DNA from: a virus
Taxonomy: Duplodnaviria; Caudoviricetes
Virus record (IMG/VR): IMGVR_UViG_3300036797_000056
Span: 1-41,937 of that record
Reading direction: 5' to 3' (one strand)
Length of the DNA stretch: 41,937 nt
Both the position numbers and the translations under genes were made by a program. The notes beneath the pieces are model-generated. The model made no database searches and had not been told where the DNA came from. It worked only from the letters and a program-made list of their open reading frames with translations. Shown in pieces: positions 17,501-26,121 of this stretch. The stretch's first letter is position 1. Each line of letters opens with the position of its first letter.

Positions 17501-20248
17501 GCAATTGCTTTCACAGCGGTTGCATTGGCTGCTAACGCTCTCGAGCCTGCTACAGCTGGGTTGGTGGGCTTCGGTGCTGCGGTGGCTCTTGCTGGCGCCG
17601 GGTTTGCTGGTATTGGTCTCGGTGTCGACTTGCTTGTCACCGGAATTGGCAAATTGGTAGCTCTTGGTGGTAAGGGTATCCATGAATTTGGTGACGCAAT
17701 CGCTGCATTGGCTAAAGCGATCCCACCACTATTTGTGGGTCTGGCCAACGGCTTCGTTGCTGCTGCTAAGGCAATTGCTGCGCATGGTCCTGAGCTAGTG
17801 GTCGCTTTGACGAAGATTCTTGGTGATCTACTCAAGGCTGTCATCATATCTGCTCCTAAATTTGCCGTTGCCTTTGGTGCGGTCATCTTGGCCATCATCA
17901 AGGTACTGCGTGATAATGCGGGTCCGATTATCAAGGAAGGTGTACGACTACTTGAAGAGCTGCTTAGTGGAATTGCCAGTGCTATCGGCAAGGTCACCAT
18001 ACAGGTCTCAAATATCGTCATTCACTTCTTGGATGCTCTTAGTAGCAAACTACCGCAGATTATTGCGGCCGGGGCTAAGACTCTTGAGAAGTTCCTTGAT
18101 GGACTTGCAAGCAAGTTGCCAGGAGTTATTGCATCGGCAGCTAGGGTAATTGTTCAGTTCTTCAACGGACTGATCAGCAATATTCCCAAGGTAGTTGCTG
18201 CTGGTGCCAAGGCGGTTGTCACGTTCCTTGATGCAATCGCATCGAAATTGCCGGGCGTCATCACAGCTGGGGCCAAGGTTATTGCCTCGTTCATCGCGGG
18301 CATTGCTGCCAATATTCCTCGACTGCTCAAGCAGGGAGCGAACATAATTGGTTCGTTGCTGCTTGGCCTATCGACTGCGGCAATCAAGCTGATTGATCAG
18401 GGTGCTCAAGCTGTGATCAATTTCTTCAATGGTATTGCTTCAGGCATTACCAAATATGAACCACTGATGGTTACTGCTTTCATCAATATGGGTAAGGCGG
18501 CCGCTAAGGGCTTTGGTAATGCACTTGGACAGGCGGCAAGCTCACCGCTTGGCTTTATTGGCAACTTCGTCAGTGGCGTTGTGGGTGGTGTCAAGAAGGG
18601 TCTTGGCATTCACTCTCCTTCAACCATATTCCATGAAATTGGTATGTGGACAATGAAGGGCTTCACACAAGGTCTTGACCAGCATAGTAAAGAGACTTTG
18701 GCCACCATGTCAAAGATCGCCAATAAACTGATTGATGACACCAAGAAGATATTCCAGATCAGGTCTCCGTCTCAGGTCATGTACAGCATCGGCAAATATG
18801 TCGGTGAGGGCTTTGCAAAGGGTCTGGCAGGAACAAAGGACCAGATTCAAGGTGTGTTCCAGACACTCCATGACACTCTGACCACACAGATCCAATCTGC
18901 AAGTTCGGCTATTCAATCGGCTGAGACAAGCCTGAAGACGGCAACGAAAGCAACACGGGCTGGGTATGAGGCAACGATTGCGAGTGAGTCAGCATTGCTT
19001 ACTCGTCTAGTTGCTCTCAGGTCAACGCTGACTGGTGGTATGAACAGTCAACGGACCGAGCTTGAGGGATTGGCTAATTCGTACGCAAATCTGGCCAACA
19101 AACTCAAGAATGCTCAGACTGCGTTGCAAAACGCTCAACAGACTGAAGCCTCTGCAGTGCAGGGGTATGAGCAGTCGTTTGAGACGTTGCCGACTCTGGA
19201 CTCGACAATCACTGATCCGGGTCTGCAGACTCAGAAGTATATTTCTGATCTCGAGACCCAAGTTACTCAGTTGCAGCAATACGCAGCAGTGTTGAAGCAG
19301 CTGAGAACTCTTGGTCTGGACAATGCCACGTACATGAAGTTGCTGAGCGAGGGTCCTGTGGATCTTCCATTTGCACAGCAGCTTCTCGAGGCGGGCCAGA
19401 CTGGTGTTCAGTCAATCAACAAGCTTGATTCAGCACTTACAACGGCTGGTAATGGTCTAGCTCAGACTGCTGGCGATCAGCTCTATGGTGCTGGTGTTGC
19501 TGCAGCACAAGCTGTGGTTGACGGTATTCAAAAGCAGATGAAGCAAGTTGCTCAGAACATGAAGAATCTGGCTCATACGATCATGCATGCGCTGGAATTC
19601 GAGATCAAGCACGGCGCTGCGTCAGCTTCAGCAACTTCTCAGAGTAGTGGTCATAACATCAGCGCAAATCTGGTGTTCGGTATCAATAAGGGTATCGCTG
19701 ACAATACTGGCTCGGCTAACAAAGCTATTGCTGGTTTGGCAGACAGTATGATCACCACATTCAAGAAGAAGCTACAAATCAAATCTCCTTCAGCGATATT
19801 TGCTCAGATGGGTGGGCAAACTGTCGATGGATTTGCGGTGGGTCTCACCAACTCGCAAAACAAGATGACGACTGTCGTTGGAGGTCTTGGCGATTCAGCA
19901 ATCACAGCAATGCAGAAGTCCTTGGACAAGGCTTCGTCTGTGGCGCTGAATCATATTGATTCAAATCCAGTAATTACTCCTGTGCTGGATCTGACCCAAG
20001 TCAAGGCCGGTGCCAAACAGCTAGGTGATATCACGTCGCCATTCTCAGTAGCTACGGCATCTACAACGGCGGCAGCCGTCAATAAACAACAGGCGAAGTC
20101 AATCGCCGATCTGGTGGGGTCTCAGAATTCCAAGGTGCTAACGTTTGAACAAAACAATTACTCACCAAAAGCGCTTTCTGAGATCGAAATATATCGCCAG
20201 ACACAGAACCAGTTGTCTCAGGCGAAGAAGATGCTTGAGGCCACATAA
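14516..20248 (+). CDS. Tape measure protein
   Basis: 1910 aa, Ala/Gly/Leu-rich helical repeats, tape-measure domain AMYQLSQA..G...QDWNS, three I-x-SPS repeats. Confidence 0.95.
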   Translation: MAEIDDRVVAMSFEGDKFQSGAEHALGTLGRLKEALGFGGASKGLSELENQVGRFSMGGMASKISDSVHHFSLLKLAGISAIASITNRAVNAGITFAKAFTIDPIKAGFASYEEQINAVQTITANTGLKGAKGMQQINDVLHQLQIYANKTVYSFSDMARNIGTFTAAGVNLKTSEQSIEGIANLAAASGSSAQQASSAMYQLSQAIAAGQVHLQDWNSVVNAGIGGKLFQNALVQTGIAMGTINKNAVKSVGPMHSLTINGNAFRNSLTPKKGQPSWLTSEVLTTTLSNFTGQISKAKLASEGFTAEQIKAIEAQAKVATEAATKIKTFSQLTQALKEEVATAYGAIFKTIFGNIGQAKTLFSSLHTFFENALTNPLYHFNTLLQQAVKLGARSDFIQGFKNLGKDIGSVITPLKEAFRDIFPKTTANAIVTFAEKFKEITASLRVGTKTGTELRDTFKGIFAVFDIGRQIVVGLFHVLGDLFSAGRKNSGGFLAITAAIGNWLQKLDEAIRKGGAFTHFFQDLGHYVSEAAHFLGLIPAAIAGLFNGFQSKEADKISGTFGSIGSGADTIRTKLDEAGQNVRRFFSAIGSDIGSALKGVNWNASLTAVNVGLFGGIFLLFRKLVSKITSGFKLDLSGGLIGKVKESFEALTGTFEGMQKNLKADALEKIAIAIGVLAGSLALLSTIDGEKLKVSLGALAVAFAELLTALKVLSGISGGAAGLKLPVVASGLILLSTAIAGLVGSVYLLSRLSWDQLKKGLAGVAALLTAISVASIPLSANSAGMIRAGLGVTAIAGAMIILARAVKDFGQMDLKVLAKGIGAVAVSITAIGLAANVFPKGMVLIGAGLLAIATAMLLLTKSVAKFGGMDLKTLGKGILSMAAALTAIGLAVRTMPKSLALQAVGLDLIALALGHIVKAVAGFGSLSMTSLAKGLGGLAASLGILVLALRGVEGATKGALALAVIGFAINTLAKGVIALGHQSIGDLAKGLGALAIAFTAVALAANALEPATAGLVGFGAAVALAGAGFAGIGLGVDLLVTGIGKLVALGGKGIHEFGDAIAALAKAIPPLFVGLANGFVAAAKAIAAHGPELVVALTKILGDLLKAVIISAPKFAVAFGAVILAIIKVLRDNAGPIIKEGVRLLEELLSGIASAIGKVTIQVSNIVIHFLDALSSKLPQIIAAGAKTLEKFLDGLASKLPGVIASAARVIVQFFNGLISNIPKVVAAGAKAVVTFLDAIASKLPGVITAGAKVIASFIAGIAANIPRLLKQGANIIGSLLLGLSTAAIKLIDQGAQAVINFFNGIASGITKYEPLMVTAFINMGKAAAKGFGNALGQAASSPLGFIGNFVSGVVGGVKKGLGIHSPSTIFHEIGMWTMKGFTQGLDQHSKETLATMSKIANKLIDDTKKIFQIRSPSQVMYSIGKYVGEGFAKGLAGTKDQIQGVFQTLHDTLTTQIQSASSAIQSAETSLKTATKATRAGYEATIASESALLTRLVALRSTLTGGMNSQRTELEGLANSYANLANKLKNAQTALQNAQQTEASAVQGYEQSFETLPTLDSTITDPGLQTQKYISDLETQVTQLQQYAAVLKQLRTLGLDNATYMKLLSEGPVDLPFAQQLLEAGQTGVQSINKLDSALTTAGNGLAQTAGDQLYGAGVAAAQAVVDGIQKQMKQVAQNMKNLAHTIMHALEFEIKHGAASASATSQSSGHNISANLVFGINKGIADNTGSANKAIAGLADSMITTFKKKLQIKSPSAIFAQMGGQTVDGFAVGLTNSQNKMTTVVGGLGDSAITAMQKSLDKASSVALNHIDSNPVITPVLDLTQVKAGAKQLGDITSPFSVATASTTAAAVNKQQAKSIADLVGSQNSKVLTFEQNNYSPKALSEIEIYRQTQNQLSQAKKMLEAT

Positions 20249-20250
20249 GC

Positions 20251-20289
20251 TATGGCCGGGCTCTACATATTCTGTGGGGTCCGGCTGTA
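20251..20289 (+). terminator. 17-bp hairpin after the tape measure gene (terminator or processing site)
   Basis: TATGGCCGGGCTCTACA-tattc-TGTGGGGTCCGGCTGTA pairs fully with G-U; weak U tail. Confidence 0.55.
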
Positions 20290-20313
20290 TGCTTTCAGAA
20301 AGGAGGTGCACCG

Positions 20314-21171
20314 GTGTTGACAAAACTGACCGCGACTAGTCTTTCAAATTGGACGACAGAAGCGCTTGAGCTTCATATGGATAGCAGCATTGTCCTGGAC
20401 AGAATTCAGGTTAGAGATATTTCCGGTTTGGATCCAGTCAAAGCTGCGGTTAATACCACTCAGTACAGTGATATTGATGGAGCGTATTACACTGGTGCAA
20501 CCATCCCAGACCGGAATATTGTGGTTACGGTCGGTTATAACCCAGATTGGGTTGAAGATACGATAGAGAATCTCAGGCTTCTGCTTTACCAATATTTCAT
20601 GCCCAAGCAGAGTGTGAGTCTTCAATTCGACAGCACGCATCTTCCAAGTGTCAGTATCGAGGGTGTCGTCGAGAGCATCACCCCAAACATATTTGCGCAA
20701 GATCCTGAGGTAGCGATTTCAATCATCTGTCCTGATCCTGCGTTTGTTGCTATCGCTCCGGTGGTTCTCAACGATACGACAGATGAGTGGCCCCATATTG
20801 GGTTTGATCCGAGAATTCACCCAATCAACTACGTCGGGTCAATTGAAGTTCCAATCCATCTTGTGATCAGTAAGGGTTTGGGTGCTGACTTCACGGGTAC
20901 AATTCATATTCTCAATACCACTGCAGAGACTGAGCAAACAGATCTCACGGTACTCATCGATTCCACTCATTCCATCGTGTTTGACACAACGGATGGGGCT
21001 CGAGATATCAGCGAAGTTGCAGGTGGTGTTGAAACTAGCTTGATGTGGCAGACAACTGCTGATACTGCCTGGATCAAGTTGAAGCCTGGTCTGAACAACT
21101 TCATGGTGCGTACAACTAGTGGCGGCCAAGCTTGGCAGATGACCTACACGCCAAAGTTCGGTGGTCTGTAA
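20314..21171 (+). CDS. Distal tail (Dit-like) protein
   Basis: Follows TMP; ISGLDPV, RNIVV, ISIICPDPAF, WIKLKPGLNNF. Confidence 0.8.
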   Translation: MLTKLTATSLSNWTTEALELHMDSSIVLDRIQVRDISGLDPVKAAVNTTQYSDIDGAYYTGATIPDRNIVVTVGYNPDWVEDTIENLRLLLYQYFMPKQSVSLQFDSTHLPSVSIEGVVESITPNIFAQDPEVAISIICPDPAFVAIAPVVLNDTTDEWPHIGFDPRIHPINYVGSIEVPIHLVISKGLGADFTGTIHILNTTAETEQTDLTVLIDSTHSIVFDTTDGARDISEVAGGVETSLMWQTTADTAWIKLKPGLNNFMVRTTSGGQAWQMTYTPKFGGL

Positions 21172-22379
21172 TGGATCTGTATGTACTGGACGAGAACTTC
21201 CAGAACAACATCTCAATCGATGCGTTCACGTCGCTGATCTGGACTGAGCGATATTCTGACGCCGGAGATTTTTCACTGACGGTTCCTGCAACACCAAGTA
21301 ATTTCGGGCTTTTGGAAATTGATACTAAATTGGGTCTTGTTGATTCAGAAGAGTCGATGATTATCAATACACAGTCGGTTGCAAGCGATCTTCTAACTGT
21401 TACTGGTAAGTCAATCATTGATATTTTCAACCAGCGTCCAGCGAAGGTCAACCCCAAAATAGGTATTAATACCTATACAGTGTCAACTTCTCCGTCACAA
21501 GCAATCGCATCAATAGTGACAGAGATGACCACGTTGTCTGATCTTAGTAGTCTTGGTCTTCCCCCAGCATATCTTGGTGTTGATGTTGGGTTGAAGCCGC
21601 AGGAACAGATCAGTAACCTCACCGTTGTCAACTTGGATACAGACACCACGGCCCAACTTATTGATGTGTCTACTGCTGATGTGTTCTCGATTATTCAAAC
21701 TCTTGCAGTAAATTATGGTAAGGGAATCAAATTGGTAGTGACAGGTAAGTCGAGTATTGGGCACAGTCTGGTCTTCACCGTTTATGTGGGCAAAGATCGT
21801 ACAAGTGATCAGACGACTTATCCTCTGGTTCGATTCTCGCCTGGAAACAAGTCTTTTGTCAACACGACAGAGCTATATTCCAAACAGAACTTCAAGAACA
21901 TCTGTTACGTCTATGCCTCGAGTATGCCGACGACAGTCACCATTACTGATCCAGCAACCGGAGATCAGTCAGACGAATCAATTAATCCGCGTATGGGTTA
22001 TGGATATTTGGATGGTGCAGATACGTTGACTGACTTTGATCGTCGGGTTGTATTTGTTGATGACACAGATTTCAACATCTCTAACTACGACGCAAACCTA
22101 AGCGATGGTACAACCATTGCCACACTTGAGGCGTTAATTGCGACAGAGCTTGACAACTACGCTTTCAACGTTCTTTGGAACTATGCTTATACCAAAGCTG
22201 TTGATGGTGAGGTAGTTCCTCAAAGCCCATACAAATACGGGACAGATTACTTTCTGGGGGATGTGATCGAGCTTCAGGGAGCTAGTGGTATTGTGCAGAA
22301 AGCACGAGTCACTGAGTACATTCGTTCACAAGACACGACCGGAGAAAAGGCTTATCCTACCGTGGCGGTTATAACCTAA
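21171..22379 (+). CDS. Baseplate hub / Gp37-like minor tail protein
   Basis: FTSLIWTERY..AGDF and YGTDYFLGDVI; TAATG coupling at 21171. Confidence 0.8.
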   Translation: MDLYVLDENFQNNISIDAFTSLIWTERYSDAGDFSLTVPATPSNFGLLEIDTKLGLVDSEESMIINTQSVASDLLTVTGKSIIDIFNQRPAKVNPKIGINTYTVSTSPSQAIASIVTEMTTLSDLSSLGLPPAYLGVDVGLKPQEQISNLTVVNLDTDTTAQLIDVSTADVFSIIQTLAVNYGKGIKLVVTGKSSIGHSLVFTVYVGKDRTSDQTTYPLVRFSPGNKSFVNTTELYSKQNFKNICYVYASSMPTTVTITDPATGDQSDESINPRMGYGYLDGADTLTDFDRRVVFVDDTDFNISNYDANLSDGTTIATLEALIATELDNYAFNVLWNYAYTKAVDGEVVPQSPYKYGTDYFLGDVIELQGASGIVQKARVTEYIRSQDTTGEKAYPTVAVIT

Positions 22380-22669
22380 TGTCACCCGACACACCCGCAG
22401 CAATCACCGCAAGACTAGATGGTATGGAAAAATATCTGCGAGTTGAGATCGAACACATGCAGAAGCAACTGTCTCTTCTCGCCGACGTTCCCGTTCGACT
22501 CGAGCGGCTAGACGGGAACCAGAAATTGCTCGGCCAGAGGGTTGTGGAACTCGAGACTGAGAAGCAAGAATCAAGTAACAAGATGCTGCAGTGGCTGAGT
22601 ATCATCGCTGTCGTTCTGATCGGAATTGGGACGATCGTCATCAATATCCTCCAGGTTGCTCATGCGTGA
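22379..22669 (+). CDS. Coiled-coil protein with C-terminal TM helix
   Basis: WLSIIAVVLIGIGTIVINIL hydrophobic segment. Confidence 0.65.
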   Translation: MSPDTPAAITARLDGMEKYLRVEIEHMQKQLSLLADVPVRLERLDGNQKLLGQRVVELETEKQESSNKMLQWLSIIAVVLIGIGTIVINILQVAHA

Positions 22670-23144
22670 TAAGTGGATCACGATAGGAGCAGGTATATCT
22701 GTAGGGCTTGTGATGATCAGTCTTCTGGTGTTCACTCTCGCTCAGAGTACAAGGAACAACCAGACCCTCGACAAGATCACTCGTACTCAGCAACGAGCGT
22801 GTATTGCTGTCAATGTCAACCGTGCCGCACAAACTGGTGTTGACCTGCTGACCTATAACGGGTTGAAGCAGACGATCAGCTACACGACAGCCACAAACGC
22901 CGCACAATACGCAGCTCTTGCAAAACTGGGTATCTCGGCGAGTGTATTGAAGGCTGCTGAAGGTGAGACAGAACTTCAGCTTGCCAATGAGCAAAATCGG
23001 TTACAGGTCCTATATTGGATTGAGCTAACGGATTGCTCTCATCCAGCAAAGAACGTTACGATCCACGCGTTCACCAAACAAACTCCGCCTACTGCTCAAT
23101 ACAGTATCAGTAACGCGGAACAGCTCTCCCCGAAAGGATTCTGA
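22662..23144 (+). CDS. Membrane-anchored protein (N-terminal TM)
   Basis: ATG 22662; WITIGAGISVGLVMISLLVFTLA; two Cys in the soluble part. Confidence 0.6.
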   Translation: MRDKWITIGAGISVGLVMISLLVFTLAQSTRNNQTLDKITRTQQRACIAVNVNRAAQTGVDLLTYNGLKQTISYTTATNAAQYAALAKLGISASVLKAAEGETELQLANEQNRLQVLYWIELTDCSHPAKNVTIHAFTKQTPPTAQYSISNAEQLSPKGF

Positions 23145-23600
23145 ATGACAACACCTGTAACCGTTACAAAACACAGCCACCTTGCGGAGACGGTGTTCTT
23201 CGACATTCTCAAGGTATTTGCTCATATTGTGCTGCCTCTGTGCGGCGCTCTATATTTCGCATTTGCTGGTGCACTCGACCTCCCGTCACCGGAGTATGTC
23301 GTCGGGGGCATCGCATCTGCGACAGCAGCCTTGGGCACATTCATCAAGGCGAACGAGGTAAACTACAACACGTCTGATGCGAAGTTCGACGGCGTTGTGA
23401 ACGTGATCCAGACTGATGCCAAGAAGATCTATCAGTTGGCTTTGAAGACAGATCCAAACCTCATCGATCAGACGGAGCAACTACTCCTCAAGGTGGTGAA
23501 GCCTAGTGCGCCTGCGCCACCGGCAGTGACGTGGGAAGCACCGGTTGCAGCATCGCCTCCTGAGATCCAGGCGCCTGTGACTCAGACGCCGTCGCAGTAA
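23145..23600 (+). CDS. Holin (Dp-1-like) with soluble C-terminal extension
   Basis: FDILKVFAHIVLPLCGALYFAFA...LP, two TM segments. Confidence 0.7.
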   Translation: MTTPVTVTKHSHLAETVFFDILKVFAHIVLPLCGALYFAFAGALDLPSPEYVVGGIASATAALGTFIKANEVNYNTSDAKFDGVVNVIQTDAKKIYQLALKTDPNLIDQTEQLLLKVVKPSAPAPPAVTWEAPVAASPPEIQAPVTQTPSQ

Positions 23601-23620
23601 AAACACCGCCTATAGTGAGA
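23592..23620 (+). promoter_or_regulatory. Repeated 29-bp promoter-like motif, copy 1
   Basis: TCGC-AGTAA-AAA-CA-CCGCC-TATAGT-GAGA; overlaps the holin stop codon. Confidence 0.8.
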
Positions 23621-23638
23621 CCCACTACAGGAGGCAAA

Positions 23639-23923
23639 ATGCTTAGTAGGAATAAACAACCCACCCCGCTTGAGACCGTCACGACTCGTACAATCGAATC
23701 GCTGAATGATTATGACCCGAGCACCGAGGAGTTTGGCAAGATTTTGGAAAGAGTTGAAAAGTTGCACGAAATGCGTCAGGACGAGAAGTCCTCCGCACAA
23801 GTGTCGCCAGATACAAAAGCCACAATCGCCGCCAACCTTCTCGGAATCGGAATGATCATCGGCTTCGAGAGAGCAAATGTGATCACGTCGAAAGCGCTGG
23901 GATTTATCCTGCGTGCACGGTAA
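23639..23923 (+). CDS. Small protein with C-terminal hydrophobic segment (cassette gene)
   Basis: AGGAGG RBS, ATG 23639; VSPDT..TIAANLLGIGMIIGFERANVITSKA. Confidence 0.75.
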   Translation: MLSRNKQPTPLETVTTRTIESLNDYDPSTEEFGKILERVEKLHEMRQDEKSSAQVSPDTKATIAANLLGIGMIIGFERANVITSKALGFILRAR

Positions 23924-23940
23924 CCAACCGTAACGTTGAA

Positions 23941-23981
23941 AAGGGGAGCGTCATGTAGAAGATACATGGCGTTCTCTTTTT
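23941..23981 (+). terminator. Intrinsic terminator
   Basis: AAGGGGAGCGTCATGTA-gaaga-TACATGGCGTTCTCTTTTT. Confidence 0.8.
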
Positions 23982-24002
23982 ACATTGATTAAAATTTTTC
24001 AC

Positions 24003-24031
24003 TCGCGAAAAAAACAGGGCTAATAATGAGA
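24003..24031 (+). promoter_or_regulatory. Repeated 29-bp motif, copy 2
   Basis: TCGC-GAAAA-AAA-CA-GGGCT-AATAAT-GAGA. Confidence 0.85.
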
Positions 24032-24057
24032 CCTATACCCTAATTTAAGGAGTTATC

Positions 24058-24285
24058 ATGGAGCCCACCGTCGAAGAGACCGAGACCCCGAGCCGCCTTA
24101 CCCGCACTCGTGACTTCGTCGTTCGCAACCGGTATCGCATCGTTCTCGTCACAACCGCTGTGGCGACGTACGGCGCGATCCGAATGCTGGACAACGAGAT
24201 CAACAAGCGCGTGGAGGAGAGCGAGACCGTCGATCTCGAGCCCACCCCGGAAGAGCCCACGAAGACCACCAAGAAGCAGTCGTAA
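24058..24285 (+). CDS. Small protein with one hydrophobic segment (cassette gene)
   Basis: AAGGAG RBS; C/G-ending codons; IVLVTTAVATYGAI. Confidence 0.75.
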   Translation: MEPTVEETETPSRLTRTRDFVVRNRYRIVLVTTAVATYGAIRMLDNEINKRVEESETVDLEPTPEEPTKTTKKQS

Positions 24286-24291
24286 TGTTTC

Positions 24292-24325
24292 AAAACTAGA
24301 TCACTAACAAGTGGTTTAGTTTTTT
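24292..24325 (+). terminator. Intrinsic terminator with TAACA apex
   Basis: AAAACTAGATCACT-aaca-AGTGGTTTAGTTTTTT. Confidence 0.8.
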
Positions 24326-24328
24326 GTC

Positions 24329-24357
24329 TCGCGAAAATTACACAGCTAATAATGAGA
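24329..24357 (+). promoter_or_regulatory. Repeated 29-bp motif, copy 3
   Basis: TCGC-GAAAA-TTA-CA-CAGCT-AATAAT-GAGA. Confidence 0.85.
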
Positions 24358-24445
24358 AGAAGTAGCTTGATGCGAATGTAGTTCCTTCAATGGAACAGCT
24401 TCTACAACAGTTCGTCACTCGTTGTAGACTTCTCATCATTTTTTT
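24352..24445 (+). ncRNA. Candidate small structured RNA A (about 94 nt)
   Basis: Closing stem ATGAGAAG/CTTCTCAT; inner hairpins GTTCC/GGAAC and TCTACAAC/GTTGTAGA; T7 tail; no RBS-led ORF inside. Confidence 0.6.
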
Positions 24446-24466
24446 GTCCCAAACTAAGGAGTCGAA

Positions 24467-24661
24467 GTGAATGTCAAAGGACGCCGCCATCTCGAAGTTC
24501 GTCTTGCGCGTGATGCTCATGCAGGGCCTCAAGTTCCTTCTGTTGAGGTTACTGATGAAATCATTGACAAAGTCTTTGATCGAGGGCTCGAAGCGTTCAT
24601 CATCGTCAAAGGTCTAAGCCTCGCAGCGAAGATCGCAGAGAGCTGGCTGATTCGCAGATAA
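24467..24661 (+). CDS. Small hypothetical protein
   Basis: AAGGAG RBS before GTG; its stop codon lies inside motif copy 4. Confidence 0.65.
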   Translation: MNVKGRRHLEVRLARDAHAGPQVPSVEVTDEIIDKVFDRGLEAFIIVKGLSLAAKIAESWLIRR

Positions 24662-24680
24662 AACACGTCCTATAATGAAA
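24652..24680 (+). promoter_or_regulatory. Repeated 29-bp motif, copy 4
   Basis: TCGC-AGATA-AAA-CA-CGTCC-TATAAT-GAAA. Confidence 0.85.
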
Positions 24681-24729
24681 GGGAGCAATAGCTTAGGAAT
24701 TGATCACACGTTCCACCTTTCATTTTTTT
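24675..24729 (+). ncRNA. Candidate small structured RNA B (about 55 nt)
   Basis: Closing stem ATGAAAGG/CCTTTCAT; inner AGC/GCT and GGAA/TTCC hairpins; T run. Confidence 0.55.
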
Positions 24730-24757
24730 GTCCCACCCAAAATCCAAGGAGTACAAA

Positions 24758-24868
24758 ATGAAGCGCAAGAAGTATGGCTTCGGCAACTTCGTTGTCGACT
24801 GTGTCCTCACATGCTGCACCGGAGGGTTGTGGTTGATCTGGATCTTCGTTCGGGAGTCGAGAGGGTAA
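24758..24868 (+). CDS. 36 aa membrane peptide (not in ORF track)
   Basis: AAGGAG RBS; MKRKKYGFGNFVVDCVLTCCTGGLWLIWIFVRESRG; TAATG coupling to the next gene. Confidence 0.75.
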   Translation: MKRKKYGFGNFVVDCVLTCCTGGLWLIWIFVRESRG

Positions 24869-25023
24869 TGCAGATTCGCAGCAAACAGCAGGTATACACC
24901 ATCACGCTCCGCTTCCCCAAGGAAGTGACTCGTGATGTAAAGGTGCGTGCGTCGTCCCGCGAGATCGCGGAGCACCGTGCGTTAAAACGAAACCCCAATG
25001 CGTTGGGGATCAAAACAAGGTAA
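24868..25023 (+). CDS. 51 aa basic hypothetical protein
   Basis: MQIRSKQQVYTITLRF...; real start taken from the TAATG overlap. Confidence 0.6.
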   Translation: MQIRSKQQVYTITLRFPKEVTRDVKVRASSREIAEHRALKRNPNALGIKTR

Positions 25024-25028
25024 AGATA

Positions 25029-25121
25029 ATGGATCCAATGATTGTGGTCTGGCTGTGCCTGTTCATCAATGTTGTTGCAATTGTAATCGTTGCAGCAGAT
25101 AACAAGAGGTGGGACGCATGA
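25029..25121 (+). CDS. 30 aa hydrophobic peptide (not in ORF track)
   Basis: MDPMIVVWLCLFINVVAIVIVAADNKRWDA; ATGA overlap with the next gene. Confidence 0.5.
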   Translation: MDPMIVVWLCLFINVVAIVIVAADNKRWDA

Positions 25122-25873
25122 ATTTGCATCATATTCTCAAGCGTGGTGAGACGTTCCTCACGCAGAACGCGTCGACAATCCTCACAGGTGTCGGTGTTGC
25201 AGGAACCGTTGCGACTGCAGTACTGTCTGGCAAAGCTGCAGTCAAGGCTGAGCACATCATGATTCATTATGATGTAGATCCGGATGCGGTACCCACCACA
25301 AAACAAACGCTACAAGCAACATGGCAGTGTTATATTCCGCCAGTTGCAGTTGGCACACTCACTGTCACGGCAATCATCTTGGGTCATCGTCTGGATGCCA
25401 AGAAGGCGGCTGCATTGGCCGCAGCATATTCTCTCTCAGAGAAGCGGTTCCAGGACTACAAGGACAAGGCCCTGGATCGGCTGGGAGTGAACAAGGAGCA
25501 AGCGGTGCGAGACGAGCTTGCTCAGGACCAGGTATCCGACACACCCATGTCTCGAGAAGTGATTATCGGAAACGGCAACGTGCTGTGCTTCGATGCGTAC
25601 AGCGGGCGATATTTCGAGTCGAGTGTCGAGACGATTCGCCAGGCTGTGAACACGACTAACTCGTATATTCTCGACCATCAGTATGCGAGTCTGAGTCACT
25701 TCTACGACGAGATCGGGCTCCCGCCAAACGGGATATCTGACGAGATTGGGTGGAAGTCGGACGACCTGATCGACGTCACGTTCTCCACCGTGCTTGCACC
25801 AGACAAGCGCCCGTGCCTGTGCATGGACTTCGCCTGTCGACCGATCCCTGAGTACACGATGGTGTACGGGTGA
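25118..25873 (+). CDS. DUF6353-like conserved phage protein, paralog 1
   Basis: NASTILTGVGVAGTVATAVL, YIPPVAVG, AAALAAAYSL, SGRYFES, FYDEIGL. Confidence 0.7.
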   Translation: MNLHHILKRGETFLTQNASTILTGVGVAGTVATAVLSGKAAVKAEHIMIHYDVDPDAVPTTKQTLQATWQCYIPPVAVGTLTVTAIILGHRLDAKKAAALAAAYSLSEKRFQDYKDKALDRLGVNKEQAVRDELAQDQVSDTPMSREVIIGNGNVLCFDAYSGRYFESSVETIRQAVNTTNSYILDHQYASLSHFYDEIGLPPNGISDEIGWKSDDLIDVTFSTVLAPDKRPCLCMDFACRPIPEYTMVYG

Positions 25874-26121
25874 CAGTAATACGTTTGCCCCATCGCCAGA
25901 GCCAGTGGTGGTGGGGCAGTCAGTTCATCAAGGTCGACGTATGTCGATTCAATGGGAATACCTGGGATGTGATCCTGGAATATCCCATCAATGGCTACGA
26001 AGTGAAGCTGGATGATTTCTGGCGTAATGTCACGCCGTATCCAAGCAACCTGTCAATCGAGGACCAATCGCACGAGATCAGTCCAGAACAGTACCAAAGG
26101 AAATCGAATGCTGAAGCGTAG
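25870..26121 (+). CDS. Hypothetical protein
   Basis: GTGA overlap; fills the gap between two conserved genes. Confidence 0.5.
   Translation: MTVIRLPHRQSQWWWGSQFIKVDVCRFNGNTWDVILEYPINGYEVKLDDFWRNVTPYPSNLSIEDQSHEISPEQYQRKSNAEA

Noticed and set aside
24352-24445. RNA A as a tRNA
   Set aside because: No T-loop in the right context, no 7-nt anticodon arm, no CCA end; only two internal arms
24700-24723. Resemblance of RNA B (GATCAC...CCTTTC) to the 16S rRNA 3' end
   Set aside because: The match is split by an insertion and lacks the CCTCC anti-SD core; likely chance
24700-25023. 107 aa ORF in the supplied track
   Set aside because: Better explained as two coupled genes, 24758-24868 (with RBS) and 24868-25023
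25006-25034. Possible seventh promoter motif (AAAACA...GATAATGG)
   Set aside because: No CGC box and the CA element is out of register
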